Below are positions 21,401 through 33,497 of a DNA stretch of 34,282 nucleotides, piece by piece. Below the pieces are notes generated by a model that did no database searches, was not told the origin of the DNA, and saw only the letters and a program-made list of their open reading frames with translations. Positions within the stretch are counted from its first letter, which is position 1. The number at the start of each line of letters is the position of its first letter. The stretch is from Catajapyx aquilonaris (Eukaryota), in the NCBI GenBank assembly GCA_000934665.2, contig JYFJ02004154.1, positions 1 through 34,282 of the forward strand, given 5' to 3'. The position numbers were made by a program, and so were the translations under genes.

Positions 21401-23704
21401 TAAATAATTAATAAATAAAACTGTTTCTTAAAAGTAGTAATTGGTTTGAGCGCATCATTGGGATTTTCCGCAGCTCATTAGACATTTTCCTTAACAAATT
21501 AACCCCCTATCAGCGTATCATAAAATATTCCTCCTCCTCCTCCTCTTGACCTTGTGTGCACACAGGTCAGCACATTTTCCCCTGGCCTTCCTTAAATGAA
21601 TACAAAAATTAGCCCACAGAATTCAAACGCGGTTGCTGGGGTAGACAATCAGCCACCTTTCCTCTCTCTCTCTCTCTCTCTCTCATAAAATCCGTGGATC
21701 ACAATCTGATCTCGATCCAGGAAGCAGAAGACCTTGAGGAAGCCGAAACCTGTCACTGATTAGACTTCCCCATTGCACTGGATGGTTGGCCTGGTTTCAA
21801 GGTGAAGGCCAAGGTGTCAGCTAGGTTCAGCAGGTGTGGCTCTGACCCCACCTCAAAAATGTACAGTATTGGTGGGGGAGAGACAGAGGGACAGGAGGGG
21901 AGGGAGGGGGAGAGAAAAAAAGCCTTGGCTCTGAGCACTTTTGAAGAGTGAAAGTGCATCAGTAGTGTGGTGAAGTAGGTTAGTGTTTGAGTCAGGCTGG
22001 AGAGGAACACCTGACTACAGGTGCATGTGTTCAGAGGGGCTGCTGTCACAAGATGGAGCAAAGGGTGAGTGTGTCCATGTGTCATATAGGTCACATGTCA
22101 AAAGTATGCTATACCAGTCAGGATAATAGGTACTGTACAGAGGGGAAAAAAAAAGTTTAGCACTGAAACATGTACATTCATTTCATCAAGTTAAGGATTT
22201 GACCATTACCATAAAACCACAAGTTATTAATATGTAGAAATATTATTAATATATTCAAATTAATTTTTAAAAAGTGAACCATCGAAATGTCCAAATATAT
22301 GGACATAGCCTGTATGTCACCACATTAATGATTTATTAAACGTGCAATGTTCAAGCTGCTAAATTTGATATGTGGTGGGTAATCACTATATGTTCAGTAT
22401 ATTAATTCAGCCTCCTTTTCTTATAAGACCAAAAAAAAAAATTATTTCAATTTTTAAATCCGCATCCACGGTTGGGAAGGTCGCTTGTTCATCCGGGTAC
22501 GCACTATCACTATCTCTATCTGTACGCCTCCTACTTTTTTATATATAATAATTCCCACAGCAATAAATCACATGTTACCACATGTATATGAAGTGCGCAC
22601 GTGGTCAGGAACAATATTTTCTCTCAGAAAAAAACCAGATGGCGACTCAACTTTCACGAATTAAAACAAGAAGAAGAGATGATGTATAATATGTGCAACT
22701 CTAAAAGTGTCTGCTTTTTTCCTTTCCTCTTCCGGATGGCCCTTTACATTTATTTGGCTTGACCAGAACTGACCAGGTGAAAGCAGCACGGTCCCGTTTG
22801 AGGGGTCTGTTGTTTCAAAAACCGAGATAAAACTAGTTTCGGCTTAGCTGGCAAAATAAGACATTCAAAATTGGAGCCTTGGCAGTGCTTCAATTAACAG
22901 AACCTGTGACATGTTTAATTATTTCTCTCTCCAAAATAGGGGTCAAGGTCAGCAATTTTTCTATGAAAATTTTCTAGCTTCTTCCTGCTTGGTTGGTGGC
23001 CGTTTGGCATTTCGAGTTATAATGCACGACAAAATAAGCAGCCTTCCTGGAGAAAATAGTTTCGTCACCTGTTGCTAAGAGGGTATGGTCGTAGGCGGAC
23101 CTTTATACATCCTTTGAACCTACCACATTAGAAGTGCTTATGGGGGAAACCTTTGTAGGGCACTTTCTACCATGTTAAAAAAAAGGGAGGAAAAATAAAA
23201 ATGAGCCATGTAGGTGCCACCTTTCAGTTACGACAATGGACCAGGTTATAAATCGGGTTTTAACAGCCTAGACGTCAGACACTGAGGAATTACACGGATT
23301 CAATGGGGCTCTTTAGGTTATGAATCATCACTGGTTGGCAGCATGTTTAACACTTCAATGAACTGGGATGGAAAAAAAAGTGATGGTAAAAAAATTTAGC
23401 ACATTTTTTTTGCTATTTTTTACCATCCCTTCTTAAATTTTAAATGTAACTTTACTGTCAAATGACATGTCACATCTAGCCGTGCAAGTCATACTGCAAT
23501 GTACAGTATTATACAGGGTAATGAATTTCCAAGGTTAGGTTACGCCGAGGGTTACACATTGTTCACTTCAGCAACGTAGAAATGATCATTAATCCATCTC
23601 AATGCCTTCTCCTCAGATGACAAGACAAATTCTCATGTTTTGTCCTTAGCGAGTGACCAACATAATCGACGTAATCAAAACTGTGTTTCTCATCTTACTA
23701 CCAG

Positions 23705-26700
23705 AGCAGCAGCCATTGGGGCAGACTTATAGCAGCCATTGTTCTGACCTCGGTGGTGGTGCTCCTGCCTGCAAGGGTCAATGCCAAGTGCGGAGAGTAC
23801 GGAAGCAATTGCTACGATGACAACCCATTTCTTCCCGCAGCACCTGGGAAGACCCCCAAATGTGCGAAGGGAGGGGATACCTACTGCGAGAAGATTGAGA
23901 AGTACCCCACGTAAGTTCACTTAATCGAATTATCAGTAATGTTACAACATTAGTCGTTTGGCCAATTTTAAGATTTCTCATCAGTACATGACAGAATGAT
24001 AGTCTACTGTTATGCTCAATTTTTGAAAATCATATGCAATAAAAGCAATTTATTCGTGTCCATAAATTTTCATTTGACATTACAGAGACCTCATCCGATA
24101 TCTTTTGGAGAAGTGGGGCTACGATTATGTGAGTTTGCTGGCCAGTGAGACCAGAGATGAGTTCATGCCACCTGTGAGGTAAGTACGGACCACACCAAAA
24201 CAATGAAAATAATTACTTACACCTTGCCATTATCAAACTTTTAATTAATAACTAATATTCTGCTGGCATTAGTAACAAGTGTTACATTAATAGCATTGAA
24301 CAAGACGTACCAACTGAACAATCAAAATGACAATATTTGTTACTAATAAATGATCTGATATGTAAAGCTATGAAAACTTTCAGCCAACAATTAAACTGAT
24401 CAAAATTATTTATGATTGGGTAAAAATCGCCTCTAACAATCACTTTCCTCTATTGCACGCACTTTGTGTTTAGTACTTACAAGTTGAATCCGACAAAACT
24501 TTAAAACGAAGCTCTGCTTAGTATAATTTTTAACTTGCTTCCAGAGAACCCACGTACAACTACAACCAGCTTCCGCAGTCATACTACTACCACCCGCCTC
24601 CCCAGACGCCTCACTACGGCCCATACAACCACAGCACCTACCAGCCGCACTACAATCCGCCTCGTCACCAGCCGGTGGACTACCACCACCAGAACGGTGG
24701 CCAACCTCATCACGCGTACCCTACGAGGTTTGACACACCTTCCTATTACTACACTGCCGTCGTGCCCACCAAATACACGCCCTCCGATTCGTGGTGGACG
24801 AGGTAAAACCAGACGAAAATTATTTCGTATCAGGCTGTAGCTTGGGCACCAGGATTTGTACACAGAAAAAATAGTGCTTGTTGCAATTGCTTTTTTACCA
24901 TTATTTTTGAAGCATGGTTAACATTGGTTCAATGTTGCACCAATTTTGGTAGATATCCTGGGGCTACTGTTATTTCTAATTGTTGCCTAACAATTAACAA
25001 CAATGGTAATCTGATGATTTTGAGCAAAACCCATGATGGCGCAACCGAGACTAAAAAATGGGACGGGTACCAGGAATTTAGTTTATTTTTCCTCCTAACA
25101 TTAACATTTAGAGTATTGGTACGTTAACATGTTGTTTTTTTTATAAATTAAACAAAAATCCCTTCTTTCCTTGATTACAAGTTCAAGTGATTCCGGATCT
25201 GAATTGTTTGGTAATCCCAAACGTGTCCCTGTCATTAGGTCATGCTCCGTAGCTTGACAATTAGATTTCTACACATGCAGACCTTGTTTTCACTTTTGAT
25301 CCCTGCCAACAAGGTCAGTCACTCACTCCTTCTACTTCCTTCCAAGTGATTCACTTGCCCTTGGAAGCAAATTGTATCGATTTGCATATGGCGGACTGGG
25401 AAAGTGTGACAATTACGCGTCGAAAGGCGAGTGAAAATCCAATTATTCCGCAAATGACACAAATGCATCATTGTAATGAAATCTGAAAGTACGTTTGGAA
25501 TAATTAGGTCGACGTTTAGGCTATCTGCATAATCATTCTGGGTTTTGAGAAATTTATCTTTGAAACATTTGCAACTCTCAAATTCTATAGTCAATAATAG
25601 GGTGATCCACTTTAAAAAAAAAGGGCTGCAAAACCTAAGCTTAATTCTTCAACATCCCGACCTGTACCACTTTCATTTCTCCGACTAGTTTAAAACAAAT
25701 CCCCATTCTCAAAAAATGCATATACAGGTTTAACTTGCTCTCACCTAATGAACCAGGTCAGAAAAAAACAAAATGCGTACCTGTTCCATTGCAAGTACGT
25801 TGGAAAAAAATCCGCAAACTTGGCATTCCCCACAAAGCATCATAAATCAAACTTCCTGCCAAACCTTCCCAAAAACTACTCTACTCCTATTTATCTCCCG
25901 TGAATGACGCACATTGGAAACAAGCTCCAATCACACAAACGCAAGAATTGGCAGGGCTACGAGTGTAATCAGAAAACTTGTTCCCGAATAATTTGTTGAT
26001 TTTTCATTAGGCAAATTACACACCCTTCTCCCCACTATACCTGCTTAATGAGTCTTAACAATGAGTCGCAAATGTGGCTGGGGATCAGATATGGCTTGGC
26101 AGTTTTATTTCTGGCATATCACGTTAGATACAGCTGTACATAACGCAACAAATTATTTCTCGGAGTTGGAGGTCAATGATTTAATGCAATGCGGTTGACG
26201 TTAATGAGAACTTGCAGTTAACTGAAGCTGCTAAAAGTATGGACCATTATGTATTTTGTTGTCAATTCATTCCTTCCCATCTTTTAATAGGTTCCGTCGC
26301 TCGTCGAATCGAACCCGAAGACAAGCGGCATCTCAAACACAGTTGTGCCCAACTACTTCCCAGTTCGTAATGCCCAAAGCAGCCATGAGCAACGGAGGGA
26401 ACTGGATGTACGTGGTGAACCTCAGCGAGGTCAACCAGAGGTACACGCAGCTCGTAAAAGCAGAGAGATGCATGTGAGTAATGCCGAGAATAGAGTTTTC
26501 TCAACTAGATATACGGTAAAATAAATTATGTCCTGTTACGCATCAATTGGTTGCTTTAAAGTTCCGCTGTCACATGTGATAGGAGGTGACAAGTAACTTT
26601 AAAGTGCCAATCCAGCATTAGTGGATCAGAAGGTAGAATTACAGTACAACCCTGCTCCGCCGACAGTATTGAAGTGTGTACGAGCTTCTCAACCTATTAA

Positions 26701-26943
26701 AATGAAGCACGTGCCTCGCAATATCTTCTGATATGAAAATGAACCATCCCGCCCTATAATTTCCGCAGTTCCGACCAATGCAACGGAGTATGTTCACTTC
26801 CATCGGGATTCACGTCCTCATGCCAACAGAAATTCGTGCAGAAGAGACTAGTGGCCCTGGAAGGGTCGGGAGAGCGACTCTACAATGATGTCTTCTGGTT
26901 TCCGCACTGCTGCACGTGCGAAATTGCCCAAAACAATGGATAA
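23705..26943 (+). CDS. spz5: Spaetzle-5 / neurotrophin-2-like cystine-knot Toll ligand; exons 23705-23910, 24086-24178, 24545-24802, 26291-26473, 26769-26943; start-codon exon upstream and uncertain (candidates ATG 20356 or 20468)
   Basis: Signal-like LIAAIVLTSVVVLLPARVNA, then PAAPGKTPKCAKGGDTYCEKIEKYP (spaetzle N-terminal Cys motif), a Y/H/P-rich prodomain, RFRR and RTRR sites, and LCPTTSQFVMPKAAMSNGGNWMYVVN...QLVKAERCISDQCNGVCSLPSGFTSSCQQKFVQKRLVALEGSGERLYNDVFWFPHCCTC. Phases are consistent. The subfamily call is from motif recall. Confidence 0.85.
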
Positions 26944-28895
26944 TTGTCGTATTGTAACAAGAAATAAAAAATTTAATAAAGAAACCCAGCCAAAGCTTCC
27001 ACTCGGAGAGATGCGACTTACGTTGCATTGGGTAAGTCGCATCTGCAATGTGTTCCACGTAACCAATAATCGGGCTACGGAATGACTGCAATACATCGGT
27101 AGCTTACTGAGCATGACATGTTTCAAGTGTTGTAAATACAAATACTGGATTGCGTTCCAGGAAATGTTTGCGTCTCTTACACACATGTTAGAAGTAGACA
27201 AAAATAAATTAACTTGTTTTTCTGTACATTGTGTTCACAAAAATAATTTCCTTATCGAACAGGCTTCGTCATATGACAAAAAACGAGCTGCATATCTCAT
27301 CAGGACACATTTAATTACACTGAAAAATTAATCTCCAGGTATAATTTAATGGGCTAAATACACGGCATGTGTTATTGCATCGGGCCAAACAGGCCAAGCT
27401 CAACTGTGATTGTTCTTTACGAAGCTTGAGAGTGCGCTACATACCTGCCAGCAAGTCCAGTGGTCCAGCCTGTGCCAAAAATTAACGTCCAGGAGAATCT
27501 AAATAGACAGAAAAAGACACCCAAAAACTTTCCGTTAAAACAACAACGTGGTCTACTCGGCCGCCATCTTGGAAGGGTGCGTTCAGAAATTAATTAAATT
27601 TAAGTCTTTGATAAGAAAAGTGGTTTGTAATTTTAATTACGTATAAGTACATATAAGTATATAATTAAAATTTTTAACATATTTATATATTAAATGAATA
27701 CGGCGATATGGAATGACCTACATTTGTTTTGGAAATAGCTGCTGCAGTAGCTAAAGAGCGGTTATTGGTAACGGCTACATGGCGGTTACAGTCGCAGTTA
27801 AATAGCGGATAAGGCTTCATTATCTCAAATAATATGCGATATTGCAGATTACTCTGGTGCTAATATTTATGATAAAATAATTTTGTTAATTTAAATTAAT
27901 CCCGATCTATGCTCTAGAGAACGCGATTTTTGTTCCATTCCAACCAATTTTGAGTTGACAAATTTATTTCTGCGAAGATTTTACTCAGTAGGCTACTGAG
28001 TAGGCTGTATTATGTAATAATTTATTACATGCAGCATACTATAGCTTGCTTTAAAAGCTTCGTGTTAGGCTACAGAGAGGCAGAGTGAAGCAGGCAGATA
28101 TTTATTGAAATATTTTCATCTCACACTATATGTCAAGAATGGCTCGCAATAATAAATGTTCTTTTTCCTGTTGACCTCTGAGTTTTATCATGACACGATA
28201 ATGACGCAAGTGAGGTTTGAGGGTTATGCGCACAAAAATCAGAGCGACAACCTGACAGCCCTAGTTACGATCATGAGTCCTCGAAGTCGATTATAATGAC
28301 CTGTCCTTCCAGTGAAAAAAAAAACTACTCCCATCGCATGTATACGTGTACCTATAAGCAGCGGATCACTGCCCAGTTCATTGTCATATATTATTTATGA
28401 TTTCCTGCCCATAGTCATACATCTCAAGTTAATGCCTGTCAGATGCGGATGGGCGAGACCCTCAAACTTTGTCAATATCACGCTACCAACACTTTAAAAA
28501 AAATGATAAAACATTAATTTTCACACCATGTTTGTATACGTATATAAGAAATTGCTGTCTGTGATATTGCACCGTTTATATTTTTTTTAATTTAATTGCT
28601 GCTTCTTCCTACATGTAACAATTGAGCTAATATTGTTACAATGGGATTAATTTCAATGATCGTCGTGTATTTAGGTCAAGGCTCTTGAGGGCTCACTATC
28701 AAAATATTTGAGAGAAGATAGAAAAAAAACGGCGTCACGACAGAGGAAATGTCATTCACTTGTCTTGCTATCCAAAATAGAAAATACACACCCCTTGTAA
28801 AATATTATGATGCATCGTTGCTTTTGCCTCGAAAACTACATTTATATACCGCACATTTTACAACTTGTCGTGTCAGATATCATTATACGGACTCT

Positions 28896-29740
28896 ATGGC
28901 AAACATGGACTTCTCTCACTTTGCCTATGGCTGCATCTTGTTTTTGGTACTGCTGCAGGTAAGTTGAATTTGGATTTTACATGAAATGTACCGTAGTGTG
29001 ATCGTATATAAGGACAGTCGGTATTAAACTTTAATTGGAATAATCGTGTTTATGTAGGGGTACAAATGCGAAGATTGCAAAATGCCTGCGGATGATGACC
29101 TCATGATTATGAGATTGAAAGAGTGCGCAGCCGAAGCAGGGACGAATAAACTGGTAATGAGCTGAATAATATATTGTTTTTGAAGCTGTTAAACATAATT
29201 ATTAAAACGGATTAGTCGAACGTGCTAATGGCGTCGATTCTTTCAGTGTGCTTTGAAGTGTTTTTGCCTCAAATCCGAAATCGTAAGTGTAACATTCGAA
29301 TTAATTTTAACTTAACACTTTATGTATCTCGTGAAATTAATTTGAAATGTCTCATTATGAAGATATCAGCTGAGGGGCAAGTCGACAAGAAGAAAGCTGC
29401 TGAATATATTTCTCAGATGCCTCCCGACGACGGACTGACGAAAGCTTTTACAAAAATTAACAATCAATGCCTGAAAGCAGGTACGCACTGGTAAAATAAT
29501 GTACTTGGTATGAACCACCTATTTTTCCTTAATAATAATATAATTGTTGCAGAGAAAAAGTTCAACATGAATGACAAGAGCTGCATCGACTTTGTCAGAC
29601 TGGGCCAATGCTTCATGACTAAAATTAAGGGGGTAGGTCATTTTTATTCCCTACATATCTTTGTGATATTGTGTAGTATTAATCCGGTTTATGTTCCACA
29701 GGTATGCCCCAACATTTATGAAGCAATCTCAAAGGCATAA
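28896..29740 (+). CDS. Secreted odorant-binding-protein-like protein 1; exons 28896-28958, 29058-29153, 29247-29282, 29363-29480, 29553-29632, 29702-29740
   Basis: Signal-peptide exon; mature EDCKMP..LKEC-x9-CALKC-x42-C-x13-C-x8-C-x8-CP, with the ISAEGQVD turn typical of PBP/GOBP-fold proteins. Introns are canonical; AATAAA at ~29828. Confidence 0.8.
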
Positions 29741-30169
29741 GAGAATTCCGGCCACAAAAGTTGCCGTGGAAAATGAACACGTTGGAAACCTCCTTCGTCA
29801 TATTTCGTCATATTTGTAGTTTTCCGAAATAAAGTAGTGATTTGCAAGAGTATCATATCACTTTTTAAAAATAAATTTCAACTTGTTCTTGAATTTCATT
29901 GGACATCTTCGACACCTCTTCTTACAGACAAATACAAGCTCAATGTGCTCAAACCCTGTGTTGAATTCAGAATAAAATAAGATCGAAAATATTTATGATA
30001 CCACAACTTTTTATCTGGCTGTATTATGGATGGCTGGAAAAACTGAGGAGAAATAAAAAAAAACGACTTAAAAAGACGTGTAAGCAGAGTGTATACTATA
30101 CAGTTTGTTGGATCTTGCGTATTGTACATGTGCAGAGTGTTCCTACTTAGATAGCTGTTAACAATAATT

Positions 30170-30401
30170 TTGAGGCGTTGACATGGAAAAAAGGGCGTAA
30201 GTCACAATGGGAAATGAGCCCACAAAAAGTAGCCTACAATTAAATGTTAAACTCATAAACTGCTTCTACTTTTACTTTTCACGACTTTGTGTAACAAATC
30301 CAACAATAAGAAATCTTTTATGTAATAAAATCTGCTCCAAGGTGTCCTCAAAATGGGTTTAAAAAAATCTTATTTGTCACTTACCCATGTCAACGCCTCA
30401 A
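30170..30401. mobile_element. MITE with TTGAGGCGTTGACATGG / CCATGTCAACGCCTCAA termini
   Basis: 17-bp perfect inverted repeat bounding a ~230-bp non-coding segment. Confidence 0.65.
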
Positions 30402-30757
30402 TTATTAACGTTAACTGTTTGTTTGTAAAGAGTTATTTACATATAGTTTTTTCTCACGTGTCTAGGAGGATCTCCTGAAATATTTATAGAAACTGTCACA
30501 TCAATTTCAACCGAATTTGCGTGCTGGACATTCACACACTATTTTCTCCAGCCCAACATTCATATCTTCGTCCGTGACCATTTCGTATTCAGGAAGTCGG
30601 AACAAAAGGTTTGATAAAGTAAGGCGGGCTTGTCGCATGGCCTTCTTTGAATATATTTGAAATGCGTGAGCATGCGATGTATTCAACACCCTTTATTATT
30701 TTAGTATTTATTGGATCTTGAACGTCCTGGGTTACATTCACTTCGGGACAATTCTTC

Positions 30758-31999
30758 ATGGCTTCAGCAGCTGGGATGTTTAGCTTATTAGCCATCAAGG
30801 GTTTTATCCTGCTTCTAGCGGTGAGATAATTTTTTTACTCATAACCTATAGTTAAAATCGATTTACAGTGCAATTTATCATTACTTAATTTGACTCGTAT
30901 GTTTACGAAGGGATGCGCTTTGGGCCAAGACTGTGAGCTGCCTCCAAAGGATAACATCGTGATGAGCACTTTAATGGAATGCATGAAAACCAAAGATAAA
31001 CTTGTGAGTAGAGTCTAAGCCTAAAATATTGCTACACAGTTTTTACTATTATCATAATCAAATATGTCAGCAGTGGCTTTAGAATGTGCCCAACGTTGTA
31101 CTTATTAATTTTGCGATTATAAACAATGAACCCAATACACTATCCAAATAATACCGCCGGTATTATAAATGTGTATACAGTACACTAACATAAAGAACTG
31201 TAGCCTACATTTTAGATATGATTTCAGATGATAATCGTCTCTCAGGTCCAATAGTTAAATCGCAAAGAAAATCGAATTGGTTAATAATATTATTGCTAAC
31301 TATGTATTAAAATAATTACTCCTTACATTATACTCTTCGTCTCTTCTATAGTGCATCCTGAAGTGTGTGGGAGTAGGAACAGACATCGTAAGTGTTTCAT
31401 TTGACGAGATCTAATTTTGTGACTGAAGCAGCTGTTAATTCAAAATGTCCGATTGCTTCATTCCTAAGGTTACACCTGAAGGCAAAGTGAACAAAGCAAG
31501 ATTGAGTGAATTAATTGGGGATTTGCCAGAAGGGGGATATAAGGATGCTTTGACGGAGATTGACAGGAAATGCTTCAAAGAAAGTGAGTGACAGCAGCAC
31601 TTTGTATCTTTCTACTGTGTATCTTTATTAATGTACAGTACAACGCATTCATTACGTAGGCTACCCTACTTTATTAATAACATATTTCCTTAAAGGCAAA
31701 CGCTACGACATGAAGGACAAGGATTGCATCGGATTTGCTCAAACTGGGATGTGCTTTGTGAAAGTTGCGCAAAAGGTATGTTTCGACAGCATTTCCGTTT
31801 GTGTTACGGTACGTCTTTACCGTAACCAATTTATTGCGGGTTAAACTTCCTACACTAAATATTATTTTCCTGTTACATACGTTATGTCTGATTTAGTGAT
31901 TTTATTGCATTTAAAAAAACTAGGCAATCGGTAATAATCGTACTTTCTTTTGAACAGAGGTGCCCCAACATAGCAGAACTCATTAAAAAAAATGTGTAA
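30758..31999 (+). CDS. Secreted OBP-like protein 2; exons 30758-30820, 30911-31003, 31352-31387, 31469-31583, 31696-31775, 31958-31999
   Basis: Same six-exon layout and phases as copy 1: MASAAGMFSLLAIKGFILLLAGCALG-QDCELPP..LMEC-x7-CILKC...VTPEGKVN...RKCFKE..KDCIGFAQTGMCFVKVAQKRCPNIAELIKKNV. Confidence 0.8.
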
Positions 32000-32699
32000 T
32001 GGAAGTTTCAGCCATACGAGAAGAAGGGGTATGCCAATTTCCCCATAAAATTGTATGATTTTGTAGTTATGATGTAGTTATAATGTGATTTATATCCCAC
32101 AGATATACATATTCTGCAGTTTCAAATGCACGAGCGATGTTCTGAAACTTGAGTCCGCAAGGTTATTGGGGAAAATAAACATGTTGTCTATGTATTATCG
32201 GTAAAATAAAATGATTGTAGTCTTCCGAAATAAAGTTGTCATTTGCGAGCATTCACTGTTTTCTTCCAAAATATATCCTGGTTACACTGTTCTGCAAAAA
32301 AAAAAAAAAAAACTTTCTTTCGCTCTTTTGAAACCTTTTTTTGTGCTTGTTATGGATTTTGGGGTGCTGAATCCGAATCCGGCAACAGATTTGCTCTATC
32401 AAGTAGGGTGTTTGAGATATATAGTTTTAAAACATTGTGCGTCTATTGCAACAACTTTGCGTGCTGGACATTCACACTAGTAATGTTTTCTCCAACCCAA
32501 CATTCACATTCGTGACCATTTCGTATTCAGGAAGTCGGAAAAGGTGTGATCAAGTAAGGCTGGCTTGTCGCATGTCCTTCTTTGAATAATAAAATTTATT
32601 TGAAATGTGCATATAAGCCATTCAACCGTATTCAACATCCTTTTTAGTATTTATTGGCGCTTGAAACGTCCTGCGTTACATTCACTTCGGGACAACTTC

Positions 32700-32933
32700 A
32701 TGGCTTCAGCAGCAGGGATGTTTAGCTTATTAGCCATCCAGGGTTTTATCCTGCTTCTAGCGGTGAGATAATTTTTTGACTCCTAGTTAAAAGCATTTTA
32801 CAGTGCAATTATCATTACTTAATTTGATATGTTTACGAAGGGATGCGCTTTGGGCCAAGACTGTGAGCTGCCTCCAAAGGATAACATCGTGATGAGCACT
32901 TTAATGGAATGCGTGAAAACCAAGGATAAACTT
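32700..32933 (+). CDS. OBP-like protein 3, first two exons (32700-32762, 32841-32933); near-identical duplicate of copy 2, remainder displaced beyond the window or lost
   Basis: 32456-32981 closely matches 30516-31051 including upstream sequence, exons 1-2 and intron. Similarity stops abruptly at the LTR start. Confidence 0.75.
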
Positions 32934-32981
32934 GTGAGTAGAGTCTAAGCCTAAAATATTGCTACACAGTTTTCACTATTA

Positions 32982-33465
32982 TGTGGCGTGCGTAGGATGC
33001 ACTTACTGAGGGTCAAGTTCCCTTCTGTAAGTTGAGGGTGCAGAGAAAGTAACGTACGGTTGGGTGAGCAGTTTATTGGTCGCTGTGGATACAGGATGAC
33101 GCTACTTACAATTAGTTGGAGATCTCACTTTAGATTCACTTCGCAGTCTAGGCAGGCACTTCGTGGCGGAGAAGGGTGTAGCGAGTAGGGGGGGGGGGGG
33201 GGGTGANGATCTGTACAGCGTGAGGGGTGGACAAGAAGTCCCCTTTTCCTCTCTGGTTTGGCACCGGAAACCCCCAGACCCCACCAGGAGCAGGTGGGAC
33301 CTCCCCGTGCCCCCCCCAGATGGCACTGGGGGAAACCAGGGAGGGAGACAACCGCGACATCCCCCCTCCCCCCGGGATAATTATGCATAATGACAAAACT
33401 ATAGGAAAAACCATGTACACTAAACAAGGCCAATGACAAAGCAAACATAAAGACAATACTGCAAT

Positions 33466-33497
<32 letters not shown>

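Noticed and set aside
21753..22094. 113-aa minus-strand ORF
   Set aside because: Low-complexity purine-rich DNA with no recognisable motif or splice support; probably a repeat remnant within or upstream of the spz5 locus.
24535..24863. Thr/Arg-rich and Val/Arg-rich ORFs in the ORF track
   Set aside because: Alternative frames of the spz5 prodomain exon; splice phases select the Y/H/P-rich frame.
32283..32455. Possible DNA transposon fragment (TTTGGGGTGCTGAATCCGAATC) at the OBP duplication junction
   Set aside because: It resembles repeat sequence, but no termini or second copy are present in the window to support it.
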